Source: Octopus bimaculoides (lineage: Eukaryota). Taken from it: DNA of 64,000 nucleotides. Positions 60,519-64,000 of this stretch are shown piece after piece. The notes under the pieces were generated by a model. That model saw only the letters and a list, made by a program, of their open reading frames with translations, had not been told where the DNA came from and searched no databases. The translations under genes and the position numbers were made by a program. The first letter of the stretch is position 1. The number at the start of each line of letters is the position of its first letter. Location of the stretch: the NCBI RefSeq assembly GCF_001194135.2, contig NC_068985.1, positions 4,820,254 to 4,884,253 on the forward strand. The letters are read 5' to 3'.

Positions 60519-62974
60519 CTGCAATTAAAGGTGTATGTGTACATATACATATATTTACATATATATATAAACATAAATAAATAAATAAATAAATGCATGC
60601 ATACATGCATGCATGTATGCATAAAGACATTTAAAGAAAAATGCTATCAAGGAGAAAATAAATCCTAACCTTTTTGTGTGCACAATTTGTGACAAACCAT
60701 GCCTTTCTTTTGCTAATTACTCAGCCTATCTATCTGTGTATACCTGCCAATGCCATGTATGCCATAAGGTCTGCAAATCTAATGGAGGTCTCAAAAGACA
60801 TTTTAAGATCAACAAAGATCAGAACTTAACTGCAGCTCTTGGTGGTCCAAAGCAGATATGCAATTTATGTAGGTGTCTTTTCAAAACATTGTCTGGTTTA
60901 AAAAGCCACATCAAATGCCATGATAGACCTAAGGTGTAGGTTCAAGAGGTAGTCAAACTATGTATAGGGAGTGGACTTAAAAAATAAGTACTGGGAATAC
61001 ATATATATATATACATATACACACACACACAAACACATACACACATATATATATATATATAATGGGCTTCTTTCAGTTTCCATCTACCAAATCCACTCAC
61101 AAGGCTTTGGTCAGCCCGAGGCTATACCCAAGTGTTGGTCAGCCCGACACTTACCCAAGAAGCCAGGCAGTGGGACTGAACTTGGACCCATGTGGTGGGG
61201 AAGCAAGCTTCTTACCACGCAGCCATGCCTGCACCTATATGTGTGTGTGTGTGTGTGTGTATGTGTGTGTGTGTGTGTGTGTGTAGGTGCAATGGCCTAG
61301 TGGTTAGGGCAGTGGACTTGCGGTCAGAGGATTGCAGTTTTGATTCCCAGACAGGGTGTTNNNNNNNNNNNNNNNNNNNNNNNNNNNNNNNNNNNNNNNN
61401 NNNNNNNNNNNNNNNNNNNNNNNNNNNNNNNNNNNNNNNNNNNNNNNNNNNNNNNNNNNNNNNNNNNNNNNNNNNNNNNNNNNNNNNNNNNNNNNNNNNN
61501 NNNNNNNNNNNNNNNNNNNNNNNNNNNNNNNNNNNNNNNNNNNNNNNNNTTTGAAAGGGCCGTAAATAAAATATATATATATCATCATCATTTAACATCC
61601 ATTTTCCATGCATACATGGGTAGGACGGTTGACAGGAGCTGGCCAGGAAGAAAAACTACCCAAAGCCACTGTGTCTGTTTTGGCAGGGATTTTACAGCTA
61701 GACACCAACCACTCCACTGAGTGGACATAGCGCTTTTTATCTGGCACTAGCACAGGCAAGGTTAGTTTTGGCATGATTTTTACAGCTGGATGCCTTTCCA
61801 AACACCAACCACATTACAGTGTGGACTGGATGTTTTTAATGTGGCACCAATACTGCCACTTTCTTTTCAGAATCACTAAGTGCAAGTGTACCATTATCCA
61901 TCTATACACACTTCTCTTCCTCTACTAGGAATATGTAATTATGGCATTAGATATTTCAAATTGTACTTACCTATCTCGGTCAAATGTAGAATCCTGGAGA
62001 AAAAGAATAAGAGAAAAAAATTTTGTCATAATGTTCATAACAATAATAGTGATGATGATGATGAGAATGATTATGGTGCTGGTGACTTTGACGAGATAGA
62101 TGGTATGGAAGATGTTGTTTAGTATCAAGCCACCCCTGATGGATCTGATGTTAAATGGCAGAATTGTTTCTCATGAAAATGGTTAAGAGTAGTCAACATC
62201 ATCAAATTAATGGCAATGTAAAAAGCAGTTATCAGTCAAAAATTCAAAAGGACATCAAGTTGTGCATGTGTGGCTATGTCTCTTCTTCTGTCTATCATGA
62301 CAAGAATTGACCATTAAAGATAATGAAATTTTTTTCTCCACAGCTGTAATTCTAACTGATTAAAAAAAAAAAAGAAACACAATTAAGGGCTCACTACAAT
62401 AAGTTTGTTAACCTACACTAACATCCATGAGCTTGGTTAGTCAATTGGAGATGGTTGCTTTTTACAGGACCTGAAGGAAGATGTGCTTGAGGATTCTGCC
62501 CACACAACCCTCTCAGGAATAAGTGGGTGAAGATGTGATGAGAAGAGATGAACCTACACTTAACTATCTAACAGCCTCGCTCAAATGTTTTGTTATATAT
62601 ATATATATATATATCTTTCTTTTTTCTTTTATTTGTTTCAGTCATTTAACTGCATCCATGCTAGAGCACCACCTTTAGTCAAACAAATCGACCCCAGCAC
62701 TTATTCTTTGTAAGCCCAGTACTTATTCTATTGGTCTCTTCTGCTGAACCGCTAAGTTATGGGGATGTGAACACACCAACATCAGTTGTCAAGTGATAGT
62801 GGGGGGACAAACACAGACACACACATACGATGGGCTTCTTTCAGTTTCCATCTACCAAATCCACTCACAAGGCTTTGGTCAGCCCGAGGCTACAGTAGAA
62901 GACACTTGCCCAAGGACTGAACCCAGAACCATGTGGTTGGTAAGCAAGCTACTTACCACACAGCCACTCCTGCA

Positions 62975-63011
<37 letters not shown>

Positions 63012-64000
63012 ATATAATTATTTGCGGGATCCGAAAGAATCAAAGTATTTTAATAATAAGGACAAGATAGAGTCAAGAACAGCATACTGATGTATCAACA
63101 GTGTGTTTGGACACTCGTACTTCCTAGAGTGTATACAGATTTGTCCTTTCAGTTACACATAACATCCACATGTACAAACCAAAGACACTCAACAAATGCT
63201 TAAAATCACACAAAGGTATACTCGGCATGCAGTCTGTGGTCCACTGTAGGCTCAAGATCCAATGCAGGGAATGTTCCCTGTGTGGTGTAGTATGAATAAT
63301 AACACAAATGGGCTGAGGTTCACTACAGCTGTTTCACATTTATTACTACATATATTCAACATCAAACTAGCCTCTCTCAATTTACTCTCCCAACTGGCAC
63401 CAGGATGAGAGAGTGACTATACATTCTATACTTTTGGGATGAAAAATCCTACATTTTAAATTTTGGATTTTAATTTGAATTCATTTACCTAAGGAAAACA
63501 TTTTTTTTTTAAATGATGTAATTGATTTGATCTTCAAAAAAAAAAACACGTCTGAAACAGTTGTAGCGAACCTCAGTCCATTTATGCTACTATTCATGTA
63601 TACACAGCCGTAGCCTACACTAGTGTCACATAACCAGCCCACTTAAAAAAGTACCTTTGGATCGTCGAGCAACATGCTGTGCCTGAGGAGACCTATTGAG
63701 CCAAGTACATCAAAATCAAAATCAAACCACAATCAAATGGAAATTATAGTTGTGGGTGATGCCAGTGCCACCTGACTGGCTCCCATGCTGGTGGCACACA
63801 ATAAGCATCATTCATGCGTAGGTCATTGCCAGTTACGCTTAATTGGCTCCCTGTAACGGTGGCATGTAAAAAGCACCATCTGAATGTGGTTGATGCCAGC
63901 CCCTTCACCCTGACTGGCTCCTGTGCCAGTGGCATGTAAAATGCACCATCTGAACGTGGGCGATGCCAGCACTGCCTGACTGACTCCCGTGCTGGTGGCA

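Noticed and set aside
61285-61360. tRNA-like sequence
   Set aside because: A/B-box-like head without a complete cloverleaf, similar to other SINE heads in the window; called as a SINE, not a tRNA gene.
62100-63460. Candidate upstream exons near 62170-62355 and 63385-63450 (minus strand)
   Set aside because: They contain stops or end in a phase incompatible with exon 1 (phase 2). No supported upstream exon was found in the window.

Overview
AT-rich, repeat-dense eukaryotic intronic DNA with many N gaps. It is most likely an octopus genome, inferred from the (CAT)n/(TA)n/(CA)n microsatellites and the SINE/RTE repeat families I recognise. The ORF track shows only transposon debris and gap artefacts. 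Reading the minus strand by hand, I found one protein-coding gene spanning almost the whole window: 22 small GT-AG exons (28-100 nt) from 60518 down to 1264. They join with consistent phases into an uninterrupted frame of about 400 codons (1203 nt in 59 kb), with neither start nor stop codon in the window. After three unique exons (one UBA-like), the gene becomes an array of 10 long (59-65 nt, phase 0->2) and 9 micro (28-37 nt, phase 2->0) exons. These encode 29-33 aa two-helix repeats that resemble paired amphipathic helix (PAH) modules. The array arose by tandem amplification of a 4-exon cassette (4 full copies plus the start of a fifth). Paralogous exons are far more diverged than the introns next to them, and some intron tracts look recently homogenised. 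The introns carry CR1/L2-like and RTE LINE fragments, a Penelope-like GIY-YIG fragment, mariner, piggyBac and Merlin/hAT-like DNA elements, and many SINEs. I cannot assign a gene name.
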